Shown here one piece after another: positions 1-12,225 of a stretch of DNA of 64,000 bases. Made by a program: the position numbers and the translations under genes. The notes beneath the pieces were generated by a model. It had not been told where the DNA came from, searched no databases, and worked only from the letters and a program-made list of their open reading frames with translations. Source of the stretch: Nemertoderma westbladi (taxonomy: Eukaryota > Animalia > Xenacoelomorpha); NCBI GenBank assembly GCA_032718475.1, contig JAUCBJ010006900.1:62001-126000 (forward strand). The letters are read 5' to 3'. Numbering within the stretch: position 1 is the first letter of the stretch; each line of letters starts with the position of its first letter.

Positions 1-120
1 TAATCAGGGAGGGCCCGCCCTGGTTTTTTATTGAGATTTTTACTTATTTCTGTCAAGTTTTATTTGTTTGTAGGCCAGTATTGAACAGAAGGCGTGTAAG
101 CCTGATCAGATTGTACAGAC

Positions 121-690
121 AATTTGTAGGCTGAGCTGTTGTCTGATTGCTGTTAAGTCTGAACGGATTGCAGTGTGTGTAGATCACCTGTCCGATTAAG
201 TACGGTTAGGAAGTAGGGGCAGCGAACGCTGTAAGGTAAACCCCCAACTAAAGAATAAGTCGCACTACTGGGTTAGAGCGCATACTCCCTAATCATTTTG
301 GAGTCTGCATGTCCTGTAGTTTATTTAGGCTTGAGAGTAGTCTGCCATCGTTTGGTCTGTACTTTGTTTGTGTAAGTCTGTACGGGTAGCGTATAATTTT
401 ATTTAAATAATTTGTAGGCTGGATAGTTGTCTGGCTGTTATTAGGTCTGAACGGATTGCTGCGTGTGTAGATCATCTGTCCGATTAAGTACGGTTAGGCA
501 GTAGGGGCAGCGAACGCTGTAAGGTAAACCCCCAACTAAAGAATAAGTCGCACTACTGGGTTAGAGCGCATACTCCCTAATCATTTCGGAGTCTGCATAT
601 ACCGTAGTTTGTTTAGGCTTGATAGTAGTCTGTCAGTGTTCGGTCTGTATTTTGTTTGAGTAGTTTGTACGCGTAGCGTAATATTTATTA
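121..690 (+). repeat. ~288-bp tandem duplication in the A1 5' UTR
   Basis: AATTTGTAGGCTG...GTAGCGTA occurs at ~121-408 and ~409-690. A2 has a single unit at ~33473-33770. Confidence 0.85.
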
Positions 691-2002
691 TTCAGAGTTT
701 ATGCGATTATCCGCAACATTCATTCCCCAAGTTTGTTCCTACAGTAATTGTGTTTGTTATACATACCGCTATAGTTAAATTAACCCCGGTACTACACGGG
801 CTGCTCGGCGTAGGTAAAGACTGGTGATTTTGTGCATCGGTCACTCCAGCAGATGCCGTGGTTCTTTTAGCTGTTCAAGTATATTTAACTACTGATTATC
901 TGTTATACAAGTACTCGTACCTAATTTAGGGTTTAGTGTACAGTACTTTCCGAAGTAATTAGTGTAGACATTATATCTGTGTTGTAAGGTGGTTGATAGG
1001 CACATTCGATTAGCTCTATTAACTTCTAGGTAGGAACACTCCGTGATACATAACGTAGAACCTATAGCGATACGGCTATAGGTCGTCAGGCGGTGGTATT
1101 TTCCTATCTAGACAACGCAGTGTATTTACTACTACTTATTATTTCAAATACCGTAGTACCCTGTCCGTTGTAATAACCAGTTTTCTAACCCTTTGTTAGG
1201 CTGGTTTGTAGACTTCTTGTAAAATTACCCTAAAAATTCGTATTTGTGTTTTTGTAAATTTTTGTGTTTATTTAGAGATTGTAATCTCACCCGAATTGTA
1301 CGTAATTTGTAGTATTAAGTAACTTAGGTAAATTAGAATTATTTGTTTTAGTGTCCTATAAGTAACACTTCACTGAAAGCGCACCGCTTTGTGTAGTGAT
1401 TACCCCCCAGAAATAATAACATTTATTTCAACATTGACAAAACCCATTAAAACGGGTATATATATATTATAAATCAAATCTAACGATTTATAAATAGTAG
1501 GCCTACCATATAACAATTAGGTCTCAATATCAGTGGGATTACTGCTCAAATAACGGTAGTAAAGTAAGTAAAGTAATCAAGTAACCCTAAAATACAGAAA
1601 TTCAATTATTTAAAATAATTGATATACCGGTATTTACGATAGGCCTATTATCTTTATTTCTATAAATTTAGGCTGAAATTATACCGGTACTTATAATTAA
1701 TTCTAGTCCAGAATTATATATACTACAAACTGTAAACTGTATACCGGTATTCCCGATAGGCTTATTATATATTTATATATATTTGTGCTAAAATTATACC
1801 GGTATTCTGTGATAAACCTAGTCTGTAATAATACTTATATAGTTATATATACCATAAGCATACCGGTGTTCTAATATATTATATATCACGCTACACTGAG
1901 TAGCAGTACCGGTAATTAATTACTAGGCTAGCAGTTAATACTGAGTTACTAGACTTGCTCAAACTGTAATACAGCAGTAGACATTCAACGGTATACATAG
2001 TC

Positions 2003-5000
2003 ATGTCTGATACTAAGCAGAACCTGTCAGACAGTTTATTAGATGTAACTATCTGCGACTCAGATAGAGATGTACAACCGTCTGGTCGTAAGTTCAGTTC
2101 ACCTCCCACTGTGAGGAAAGTCATCCCTCCAGTAGTAATAACAGAACCTAGGCTGGTCCAGCATCGTAGGTCTATCATAGGCACTCGAGCCCAGGTCAAG
2201 CGGGACCAAGAAGCAGCGGAGCAGCAACAACCCGTGAGCCAAGAACTTATTTCTCAGCAGCCCGACAGCTCCAGTAGTGAAGATACGGTAGAACTGACAC
2301 CCGAACGCGGAGCAAGGATGATGGATGAGGCTTATTCAGATCCCCTTCTCATCCTTCCTGCAGCCGTACTCACTAGGTTATTGATCGCTGTGGAAGAACA
2401 CCAGATCGATTGGGCGAGAAGCCAGCGTTCAACTAGAGATAGTTATGCTGGATACACAAGGGAAGAACTGAAGTCCATGGTAGAGTCGCAATGGAACTTC
2501 CCCGGACCCGGACTCCCGTTTGATTTATCAGAAGCTGCCTGGGAAGACATACACCGGATGGGAGTAGCCAAGGAAACCATCGATCCAGCTGTGTGGAAGA
2601 GGTCCGCAGCCGGCTATGCACAGGGATTCTTCAGCTCTATAGAGCGATTAAAAGAACAACTGTTTCAACAACCTCAAGGACCTCAAGAGCAGGGATTGCT
2701 GCTTTATCAAGTTAGAGAAAGAGTTCTACGAATCAGGCTAATATTATCGGCCTTTGAGGAGGCTTCTAAACGAAGGCAAGACACGTCGTTGCAAGTTGCC
2801 GTAAAGACTTGGTTTCAAAGGGTGAGTCTCCAGGTTCAAGGAACAGCTCAGTGGAAAGCTCAGCTAGAGGAGCGCTCAACCCATGGAGAATCAACAGACG
2901 CTACTTTTTCCCAAGTGGAAAGTGAAGCGACGGCAGAGAAACCGCATAAGAGGGATGCCATTGACATCTATCTGTCAGACTATCAACGTTTTTTAGGTGA
3001 TGACGAGTTGAGGAGAAGGTTAGAGGGACTTAGCCCTAATAGTGAAGGAACCAAGCTTGTGTTGGATGCCATCGATGTGGAAATGAGGGCTGCGAACCAG
3101 GCTAAATTTGATGAACAACTCCGCATCACACGAGTCCAAGAAGAACAAGTCAAGAAAAAACGTATAGAAGACAGAAAGAAAGCAGCAGTAGCAGCTGCCG
3201 AAGCGGAAAGGAAAGTAGCCGAAGCTGAAAGAAAAGCGGCAGCGGCAGAGGCAGCGGCCGAGGCAAAAGCGGCAGCGGCAGAGGCAAAGGCGGCCGAAGC
3301 TGAAAGAAAAGCGGCAGCGGCAGAGGCAGCGGCAGAGGCAAAAGCGGCAGCGGCAGAGGCAAAAGCGGCCGAAGAGACCAACCAATTAGAATTGGAAAAC
3401 ATTCAAGAGAATCAAGACTGCATAAATAAACAGTTAACGGCTAGCCATATGCAGATGATGAATCGATCTACTCCCAAAAGACAAGGTTATACATCATCTG
3501 AGGAAGGCGATACCACCGATACTGAAGGCAAAGGAAATGGATCTCGTCTAAGCCGACGTAAAAGAACATTCCACCGTCAGAAATTGCCTGATTTGCCTCC
3601 AGCTGTTAGAAGGCAACTAAATAACACCAACTTAGGCAGTACAGAACCCACAGACCAAATAATTAAAATAGAAAGACTCCCTACTATAGTAGATGAGCCT
3701 GAAATAATTAGGCCTGTTCTTGAAATCACCCCTTCGGTGATAGACATACCTGTGCTCCCTGAGACTACCTCCAAATTCCCTTTGCATGGCACTAAGCTAC
3801 CTGTGCCCCGTAGAACTGCCCCGGATACAGTTCAGGTCCTGGACCCCGAGCGAATTATTCATAATTTGTCGCCCGTTGTCCCTCGTCCGCCCGCTACAAC
3901 GTTGGCGACTCCCGCTTCGGCGGTCGAATGGGTGGACGAGAGACGACGGGGGATGGATATCCTGCTCGGGCAGATGCAGGAGACTGTCCAGCAGTTCAAG
4001 GGCACAGTAAGGGAAAGTAGACTAGAGTTGCAAGAAGTGCAGCAAAGTATCGCGTTAGAACGCGATAAATTAGTAAATACTCAAAGAGGTATACCACCAC
4101 CCTCTGTAACAATGTGTCAACCTGTTAGGTCTGAAGTACCACATGCGCAAGGTGTGGAGCCTACACGCATATATACTGCTAGCGAAGTAGAAACTCCTAT
4201 AGTGAACCCTATTAAGGGTAATTATAGACCTGTTGATAATGATATTCCCTATAGAACTGATCATAATCCGAGAAATTTATATACCGATAATTCGATATTA
4301 AATAACACGATGGCCCAAGAAAGTTTTACGCTTCAAATGGCTAGAACCGAAGCCCGGCAAGCGGTAAAGGTGGGAGAGATCGTCAAGTTCAATGGAGATG
4401 AGATGAAATGGTTACCTTTTAATGAATATTACAAAGATAACATACAGAACTCTGTACTATCTAATGGAGAAAAACTTAGATACCTCATCGAGTGCTTGGA
4501 AGGATCTCCCAAGTTAATGGCGTTAAAGTTTATTGGACATCCAGACGGATTAAGACAAGTTTGGGATACACTAAACATCAGGTATGGTAATAGGAATAAT
4601 ATCGCTGGGTACTTGTATGCAAAGTTAGTAGCGCCCCGAAAGTTTATTAGTAGCGGAATTATCGAGTTTTCCGATGAGATCCAGGAGATCTGCAGACAAT
4701 TAGATTGGCTAGGTAAGTCTCATGAGTATCAGAACACTATGGTTATTAGAGCAGTGGCTTCTACTTTACCGAAAGGTGGAGTAGGTACACGCTGGGATAA
4801 GAAAGTGTTATATATGATGGAACAACAACGGCGAGACCCTACCATGGCTGATCTCATGTCATTCCTAGATGGAGAAGTGAAATTACAGCTCCTGAAACTG
4901 TCCAGAGAGAAGACACCGGAAAACAAGGTAAGTGAAAAACCCGTCTCTAGGAGAAAAGTAACACCAGTATGTTATACAGATGACGGCAAAAGCCAGACTT

Positions 5001-7336
5001 CTCAAGGAGAAGATAGCGGGAAGGACACGGATAGATCTTATTACGTGAATAAAATGCCTAAAGATCAGGTAAGTAAATTCAAGTCTCGAACAAATGACAG
5101 GAGGGAACAGGTAAGAAAAACTCCTCCCACGTCTCCCAAGAGAATTCAGGTGAGAAAACCCGAAGAAAAGGCAAGTGTACACAATGTGACTCAAAATAAG
5201 GTAAGTAACATCAAACCGAAATGTGCGCTGTGCGACGGGATCCACCATTTGAATAGGTGTGATGAATTTCTAAAGAAATCATTAACAGAGAGACGCGAAG
5301 TCATGTGGGATAAGCGGTTATGTTATAATTGCCTCAGACAAGGACACCAACGGCGAACCTGTTTCTCTGACATAAGGTGTGCAAAGTGTGGTGCGAAACA
5401 TCATATCTTGTTGCACGCTGAATTCGATCGAAATAGTCCGAATCAGGTAAGTGATTCCGAGCTACATGTCCAATTCAGTGATGTGAACGACACTGATCAA
5501 TCTGAGATGGAAGGATTCTATACAGACGAGTTCTCCGACGAAAACGAATCCTGTTACATGATAAATACCGCAGTGTATCGAGCACTCACATATGAAAAAG
5601 ATACAGACAACGACTTTACTCTAACTACTTCTGAGCGACAACCATCTTGGAAAGAGCCATCTTCCAATGTAGGGATCCGAGAGTTTCCTGTGGTGCAAGT
5701 GAGGGTTCACGGACCTAAGAGGAGTTATGTAGTGAACGCCCTCCTTGACTCCGGTAGTACAGGAACATTCATCGACAAAGAGCTAGCCGAAGATATATTT
5801 GCTGGACAACTCAAGTTCCAAACTAAGCTCAACATGTCTGGCATAATGCAAGTTTGGAAATCTACAATCACAGCGGATTATTATGTAGGAGCGTTGTCCA
5901 CCCCACAAGACGAACTAGGAGAACACAGCATAAGGTCAGTGAAAATGGTGGCTATAAAGAACTTCGCTACTACTCAAGCAGACCTTTATAATTGGGACGA
6001 GGATGAGAGCATCCAACATCTTAACATACCTCGATTCCAGACTGATTATCCTGGAGTGCAAATACTCATCGGCCAAAACGCGCATGAGGCGCTGGAGACA
6101 TTAGAGAAACGGCCTGCTCAACCGCAGCCACTACAGACCTATGCGGTAAGAACTAGAGTAGGTTGGTACTTTACTGGCCCTTCCCGTAGAACACTCAGAG
6201 AAAGACTACCGCCAGAGAGCGTATGCCAGGTGAGTGAATGGGAAGATGATACCAGTGAGGGAGACAACTCAACTGAGGGAATTCCATACTCCTCAGATAA
6301 TGACGACGTTCACCAGCTTTTTGATGAGGAGAATACCATCGATCTCCTTAAGGAAAACGAGGCTTGGCAAAACCAAGTTAACTTATGTCAACTTCTCTAT
6401 CCATCTGAACGAGAAGCTTACAACGACGAGTTAAATGACGTCATTGAGCGTTGCAATGCCAAGACTCGAGATGAACATGCTGTACGATTCTTTACGCAAG
6501 AGGCGGTAGAGCCCAATTCCTACGATAAAGCCTTGTCGGTGGAAGAGGAAAGGGCCAAACAGATCCAAGAGACAACTACACGTTTCCTCAAAGATCAAGG
6601 TAGGTATGAAGTCGGTCTACCTTTCCGCAAGAGAGAACCGAAGTTCATCAATAACAGACCCCTGGCGGAAAAAAGAATCGCGCAACTCCATCGACGCCTT
6701 ACAGCTAATTCTTCAGCCAAAGCAATGTATCAAACACAGCTGGAAAAATTTATTAATAAGGGATACGCGGAGAGAGTACCGGAAGAAACACCTGTGACTG
6801 AAAGAACGTATTACTTAACTCACCATTACGTTCCTAAACCCGGTAAACCACACGAAGTGAGAGTAGTGTTTGATGGCTCCGCTCTTTACATGGGTCAATC
6901 CCTTAACTCTGAATTGTTACCCGGACCCAACTTGCTTCAATCTTTGTTGGGAATTCTTTTAAGATTGAGACAATATTCGATTGCTTTCGCCTCCGATATA
7001 GAAGGCATGTTCTTACAAGTCAAGGTGTTAGAAAGGGATCGAGATAGTCTACGATTTCTGTGGTGGCCCGAAGGAGACCTCAACCAGAAACCGGTGGAGT
7101 ACTGGATGACCATCCAGGCCTTTGGGATAATCTCAAGCCCTTCCAACGCCTGTTCGGTAGTGCGTACTACTGCAGAGGACAACCGAGAGGCATTCTCTAA
7201 GGAAGTGATCGACAACATCAAGAGAGACATGTACATGGACGACAATCTGAAGTCCCTCCCATCAGTTGAGGAAGCCATTGAGGTCGCTAAGGGAACGGTA
7301 GAGTGCTTAAAAAGAGGTGGATGCCTAAGGAGGTGA
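2003..7336 (+). CDS. A1 Gag-protease-RT polyprotein, N-terminal part; native sequence ends at 7322 and the last codons come from the insert
   Basis: 1777-aa ORF. Ala/Glu/Lys coiled coil, BEL Gag core (KFNGDEMKWLPF...KLRYLIECLEG), knuckles CALCDGIHHLNRC, CYNCLRQGHQRRTC and CAKCGAKHHILLH, protease LLDSGS, RT motifs VRVVFDGS, SDIEGMFLQV and YMDD. Confidence 0.92.
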   Translation: MSDTKQNLSDSLLDVTICDSDRDVQPSGRKFSSPPTVRKVIPPVVITEPRLVQHRRSIIGTRAQVKRDQEAAEQQQPVSQELISQQPDSSSSEDTVELTPERGARMMDEAYSDPLLILPAAVLTRLLIAVEEHQIDWARSQRSTRDSYAGYTREELKSMVESQWNFPGPGLPFDLSEAAWEDIHRMGVAKETIDPAVWKRSAAGYAQGFFSSIERLKEQLFQQPQGPQEQGLLLYQVRERVLRIRLILSAFEEASKRRQDTSLQVAVKTWFQRVSLQVQGTAQWKAQLEERSTHGESTDATFSQVESEATAEKPHKRDAIDIYLSDYQRFLGDDELRRRLEGLSPNSEGTKLVLDAIDVEMRAANQAKFDEQLRITRVQEEQVKKKRIEDRKKAAVAAAEAERKVAEAERKAAAAEAAAEAKAAAAEAKAAEAERKAAAAEAAAEAKAAAAEAKAAEETNQLELENIQENQDCINKQLTASHMQMMNRSTPKRQGYTSSEEGDTTDTEGKGNGSRLSRRKRTFHRQKLPDLPPAVRRQLNNTNLGSTEPTDQIIKIERLPTIVDEPEIIRPVLEITPSVIDIPVLPETTSKFPLHGTKLPVPRRTAPDTVQVLDPERIIHNLSPVVPRPPATTLATPASAVEWVDERRRGMDILLGQMQETVQQFKGTVRESRLELQEVQQSIALERDKLVNTQRGIPPPSVTMCQPVRSEVPHAQGVEPTRIYTASEVETPIVNPIKGNYRPVDNDIPYRTDHNPRNLYTDNSILNNTMAQESFTLQMARTEARQAVKVGEIVKFNGDEMKWLPFNEYYKDNIQNSVLSNGEKLRYLIECLEGSPKLMALKFIGHPDGLRQVWDTLNIRYGNRNNIAGYLYAKLVAPRKFISSGIIEFSDEIQEICRQLDWLGKSHEYQNTMVIRAVASTLPKGGVGTRWDKKVLYMMEQQRRDPTMADLMSFLDGEVKLQLLKLSREKTPENKVSEKPVSRRKVTPVCYTDDGKSQTSQGEDSGKDTDRSYYVNKMPKDQVSKFKSRTNDRREQVRKTPPTSPKRIQVRKPEEKASVHNVTQNKVSNIKPKCALCDGIHHLNRCDEFLKKSLTERREVMWDKRLCYNCLRQGHQRRTCFSDIRCAKCGAKHHILLHAEFDRNSPNQVSDSELHVQFSDVNDTDQSEMEGFYTDEFSDENESCYMINTAVYRALTYEKDTDNDFTLTTSERQPSWKEPSSNVGIREFPVVQVRVHGPKRSYVVNALLDSGSTGTFIDKELAEDIFAGQLKFQTKLNMSGIMQVWKSTITADYYVGALSTPQDELGEHSIRSVKMVAIKNFATTQADLYNWDEDESIQHLNIPRFQTDYPGVQILIGQNAHEALETLEKRPAQPQPLQTYAVRTRVGWYFTGPSRRTLRERLPPESVCQVSEWEDDTSEGDNSTEGIPYSSDNDDVHQLFDEENTIDLLKENEAWQNQVNLCQLLYPSEREAYNDELNDVIERCNAKTRDEHAVRFFTQEAVEPNSYDKALSVEEERAKQIQETTTRFLKDQGRYEVGLPFRKREPKFINNRPLAEKRIAQLHRRLTANSSAKAMYQTQLEKFINKGYAERVPEETPVTERTYYLTHHYVPKPGKPHEVRVVFDGSALYMGQSLNSELLPGPNLLQSLLGILLRLRQYSIAFASDIEGMFLQVKVLERDRDSLRFLWWPEGDLNQKPVEYWMTIQAFGIISSPSNACSVVRTTAEDNREAFSKEVIDNIKRDMYMDDNLKSLPSVEEAIEVAKGTVECLKRGGCLRR

Positions 7337-8590
7337 GGTCTCTATAGGGGTGTCCACAACAGGCGGCGGCGGGCTCGTGAGGGTCTGGAGGCACGTTAAA
7401 TCCTCTTTATAGTGCAAGGGAGTTACTGAAGGCCCTCGTGTCTTACGAACCATGAATCAACATGGTGCCGTGGTACCGTCTAGTCGGCCTGTTGCCGTAC
7501 TGCCAGTCCTGTACACAGTAGGGGTGGTGGCTTAGTGTGATCTGTGGTTTATGTGGTTTATGTGGTAGGTCTATGTTTGGTATGTATGAGTTGACCAGAC
7601 TCTGTACTATCTCCGATCGGTTGCCAAAACGTGTTTTTTCCCAGGGTAGCACTATTGGAATGGAGGTGTTGCATCGGAATGGACAGGTTCTGATGATTCT
7701 GTTGGTACTACTATTGGAATGGAGGTGGCACCCGGAATATCGGCTGCAAGGAGGGGTTGGTGTTGTAGTGTGGTCCGAGTGAATGATACTCTGGAATCTG
7801 TGGTTTGTGTGTGTACGTGGTATACGTGAGTGTATGTATGGCCACTGCGAGTGGGTATGGGAACCCTTACCGGTTGGTTCAGTCGCCGCTGGTTATTAGT
7901 AGGACCATATTTTACTGCGCCCCCAGCATACTTTGTGCACACTAAGTTATTTTACCCTGTCGGTAAAATAAAGTACTCTCGACTTTTATTAGTCGATACA
8001 ATTTTGTCCCCTCTGATTTTGTCCCCGATTTTGTCTTTTCCGATTATGTCCTCTGTGTGTGCATGGTATGTGTCCGATTTTGTGTTTACCTTTTGTGTAC
8101 TTGATTATCGAACATCTGTTGAGTACACGTGTACAGTGACTGGTAAGTGGTTACTTGTTCCTAGCTTTCGAGCTAGTCAGTATTGTTTGTGGAACCGACT
8201 TCCCCTCAATACTGCCGGCGAGGCGGGTGAAAACGGTCAATATTCCATGTTGGGTAGCGCAAGCCCACTTGGGACAAGACCGTCGGTTTGGCTCAAGGGC
8301 GACCTTGATGCTCGATCGCTATCGACTGGTCCACCCGCCGGTTGACTCTCTGAGTTGGCTCAATGTACAGTCAGGCCACAGCAAGTTGACAGTAGCCGAC
8401 CATCTGGCTACACCGACGAGTTGTGCCGGTGTGATCGGGGGATTGAAAAGTGAACCCGGGAAGCATCGGGCTACCCTCCGGCCCGGTCTGATAAAACATC
8501 AGTCGGACTGGCCCCAAGGGTGGTGGGACAGCGTCCGCCTCATGGGTGCGCCTCGGAGTCATCAGAGAGGAGCCCAGAAGGACGCAAGCG
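7323..8590. mobile_element. Unidentified 1268-bp insertion in the A1 RT, no TSD
   Basis: Removing it gives GGTGGAT+TTCGATTAAC, identical to the uninterrupted A2 sequence at ~62192-62208 (GGFRLT). Confidence 0.8.
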
Positions 8591-11385
8591 TTCGATTAAC
8601 CAAATTCACCAGCAACTCCCGTGAGTTTCTGGAGTCGATCCCTGTGGAAGATCGAGGAGCGAAAGATCTCGATTTGATCAAGGATGATCTGCCAGAGACC
8701 AAGACACTCGGCTTGAAATGGGACACAGAGCGAGATATCCTGTTTTTCCAACTAAAACAGCGAGATAATCCAGTTCGAACCAAACGGATTTGCTTAAGTA
8801 TACTGAGCACTTATTTCGATCCATTGGGATTTATTAGCCCAGTTATATTGATTGCTCGAAGTTTGGTACAACAAATGTGGCTTGAAAACCACTCATGGGA
8901 CGATCCACTTAAGGGAGAATTATTGAAGAAGTGGATGAAATGGGAAGATTCTCTACCGGCGATCGAGGATTTTATAATTTCCCGTTCATATTTTGGTCAT
9001 GTTCTCCCTACGTATTCCTATCAACTCCATGTGTTTGGAGACGCCAGCGATATGGGAATCGGTATAGTAGCCTACCTAAGAGTGGAAACTCCGGATGGAA
9101 TCAAAGTCGCCTTGGTTACTTCTAAGGCATTAATCAACAACAAGTTGAAAGTTCCTCGAGCGGAGTTAAAAGCGGCTCTATACGCTACAGCCATCGGCCG
9201 GAATGTAACCGAACAGATTGACTATCCATTAGAGAAAACTGTCTATTGGACCGACGCTTTACTCGTGTTAGAGTATATAACCAATGAAGTCTGTCAGTTC
9301 AGCGTCTTCGTTACCAACAGAGTAGCCATCATACTTAGTCGCACGACGATGGACCAATGGAGACATTGCCCCGGAACGATTAATCCAGCAGACATCGCGT
9401 CCCGAGGAGCGACTCCAAAGGAATTGGTAAATACTCCTGAATGGTTAGGTGGACCCGACTTTCTCTACCGAGAAGAAGAAGAATGGCCACCCCATCTCAC
9501 AACAGCAGAGATCAGACAGGCCAAGGGAGCGGAGAAAGTTAAACCCAAAACTCGAGCGAGTAAATCGAAGTTGTTTAAACCTGCGGTTGATCTATCTGTA
9601 TTATTTACTTCCGGAGATGATGCTTTGGATCAGAAACCCACCGCCACGACTAAAGAAGTCTTGGAAATCCGTGACAAGGATTGGAAATCTGGAATACCAG
9701 ATATCTCGCAAGGACTCTCACCTCTCTTGCAGAGAGCGATACGTCACTACAGTTCCTGGAATCGGCTCTGTAAGGCTGTTACCTATTTGAAACGATGTTT
9801 TCATCATCGTTACTCCGGGACAAAGACTCATAGTGATGAGGCTCCATCAACATCTGCACGAGTCCATGTTATTAAAGATCTTCCTAAATACAAGATACCC
9901 GACAGGTTTCTAAAGGAAAAGATCAGTTACCAGGAGCATGATGAAACCAACAAACAGATGCTGAGACTCCTACAATGCTATGAGGATTCCGATAAGTATT
10001 TCCTGTTGTTAAGAAATCCACAGATGCGCTTAAGGGATCGCTTCTCTAGTACCATGATAGATGGGTTAATACGTGTTGGAGGTAGGCTGACCAACGCCCC
10101 ATTATCCTTTGACACTAAGTTTCCCATACTCATTAGAAATCTTGATATACAAATCAAGATGATTGTGGATGTTCATAGCAAACTGTACCATGCTGGAAGA
10201 GAACGAGTTCTGAGCGAAATTCGAACTCGCTACTATTTTTATAAACCTCGTAGGGCTCTGAACCAAGTTCTTAGGAATTGTATACCCTGTAGGAAAGCAT
10301 TCAGTAGGCCTTTAACGCAGCGAGAGGCAGAATTACCTAGGGAAAGAGTAAGCTTCTATGAACCACCCTTTACTAATACCGGTGTGGATTTATTTGGCCC
10401 TATTGAAGTATATCGTGCCCGGACTATAGTCAAGAGATGGTGTGTCATCTTCGTTTGTATGACTTGTAGAGCTATCCATCTCGATATGGTAAACGATCTA
10501 TCCACCAACAGCTTCGTGTTGAGTTTACGACGACAGATTGCTCGCTTCGGAACCAGTAACACGATGAGATCGGATAAGGGAACGAACTTCATTGGCGCCA
10601 ACAACGAAATTCAAGCTTACGTAAAGGACTGGAACAAAAGACAGGTGGACGATCAGCTAAGGATAACAGCGTCTAGCTGGACCTTCAACGCCGCCGACGC
10701 CCCTTGGTGGGGAGGAAGTTGGGAGAGATTGATCAGGAGCGTGAAGACTGCGTTCCACTTTATTGTGCCTTGTCGCGCTTATCTCACCGACGAACTATTG
10801 CGGACGTTAATGGAGGAAATCGCCGCCTATCTCAACGAAAGACCGCTTATGCCAGTCTCTTCAAATCCTGATTCCCTGGAAGCGCTAACACCCGCGCACT
10901 TTCTACTGAAGAAGCCCGTAGCCATGCTCCCACGATCGGAGATCACCGACGGAGACGAGTACTGCCGTCGAACCTGGCAACTTATGCAGTTGCTATCCCG
11001 TCGTTTCGCTGACCATTTCGAGAAACATTACCTGCCCACTCTACAACTTCGAACTAAGTGGTTTGCGCAGCAAGAAAACGTCAGCGCTGGAGACATGGTG
11101 CTTATTGTGGACCCCGATCTCCCACGTAAGCGATGGCAAACAGGACGTATCATCGAGACTTATATCTCGAGCGATGGTTTGGTGCGATCAGTAGAGCTCG
11201 TCGTCATGCGGCGGAACTTTAAGAAACCAGGGATAGTCTTTGAGACTCAACAGCTCAATCGCCCAGTGGGACGTTTATGTTTACTGGAAAGAGACAGAGA
11301 GCTCTCCGGAAACTATGGAAGGCAAGAAACTCTTCCCACGACCACTTCCCTAATCCAACCGACATCTAGGGACTCCCCAACTTAA
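8591..11385 (+). CDS. A1 Pol C-terminal part: end of RT, RNase H (Pao peptidase A17 region), integrase
   Basis: KTLGLKWD, FDPLG, HVFGDAS, PRAELKAA, YWTD, NPADIASRG. Integrase HHCC (H..LYHAG...CIPC), DDE core (GVDLFGP, SDKGTNF, WERLIRSVK), C-terminal GRIIETY..DGLVRSV. Confidence 0.92.
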
Positions 11386-11929
11386 TATCGTTCGGAGTGG
11401 GCGTGTGACTCTATTATTTTATATTATTTTTATCATTTTATATTTATGTATGTATTACTATGTAATTTTATTATAATCGTTTTATTTAATTTAGTAGAAT
11501 ATTATTTTGGCGATTATTTTGTAGAATAGTGCAATATATTCGTGTTTATTACGTACGTAATTACTTATATTATATTTAGTGAGACGGCGAAGAAATAATT
11601 ATTTTTTCTCTTTCCTTACTGTCCGTATTATATTATAAATACGTAACTACAGTAAGATGAAATGTCTGTACTTATTAAAGTACAATAAAGCCACTACTAT
11701 ATTTAAGTATTATTGGTAGGCAGAGTATTAGGAATGCAAAGTTCAGATCCTCGTGTCTCGGCTAAACCAAGCTCTGGGTAGACCTTGGAAACGACTTGCC
11801 TCTTCACACTGACATTGCTTCGTGCGATATTGCTCTCATACCGTATATTAAATAATACATATAGTAGCGTGATGTCCCTTTAACAGTAGCGTATAACGCA
11901 AAATAAATCTGTTAAACCCTTTGACCATC

Positions 11930-12225
11930 TGTAATTCTAGTCGATTAAGATATCGTGGCACCCACCGATATACTTGAAAGACAAATTATAGAATCAGTGG
12001 TTAACGTCCCCAGACAAGTTCTGGAATAAATCGGTGCCCATCTCAAATATTAATTAGTTAATATTTACAAATCAAATAAGTCAAAATCTGTAAAATTCAG
12101 ATCCTTCAACAATTTTAGTCAATTAAGATATCGTAGCATTTACCGATATTCTTAAAGAGACCATTTTCTTAGAATTAAGGATCTTGTGTCCCTAGACAAG
12201 TTCTAGAATCAAAATATGCCCATTT
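11930..12225 (+). repeat. Diverged ~120-bp direct duplication in the A1 3' region
   Basis: TAGTC(G/A)ATTAAGATATCGT...AGACAAGTTCT(G/A)GAAT...GCCCAT at ~11933-12051 and ~12111-12223. Confidence 0.7.

Noticed and set aside
2983-3402. Antisense Ala-, Cys/Arg- and Pro/Leu-rich ORFs, and similar short overlapping ORFs throughout
   Set aside because: These are shadow frames of repetitive or GC-rich transposon coding sequence.
7463-7472. TGGTGCCGTG as a tRNA-His PBS inside the insert
   Set aside because: Only 10 nt match, and there is no second LTR or gag to support it.
7317-8588. The insert as a spliceosomal intron (GT 7317 to AG 8588)
   Set aside because: That splice gives an immediate out-of-frame stop, and the exact insert ends are not GT-AG.
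8155-8590. N-terminal 145 aa of the 1076-aa ORF as a real Pol domain
   Set aside because: It comes from the insert and is absent from A2; native pol resumes at 8591.
8521-8590. Minus-strand CTGATGA as a hammerhead ribozyme core
   Set aside because: No GAAA follows a plausible stem II.
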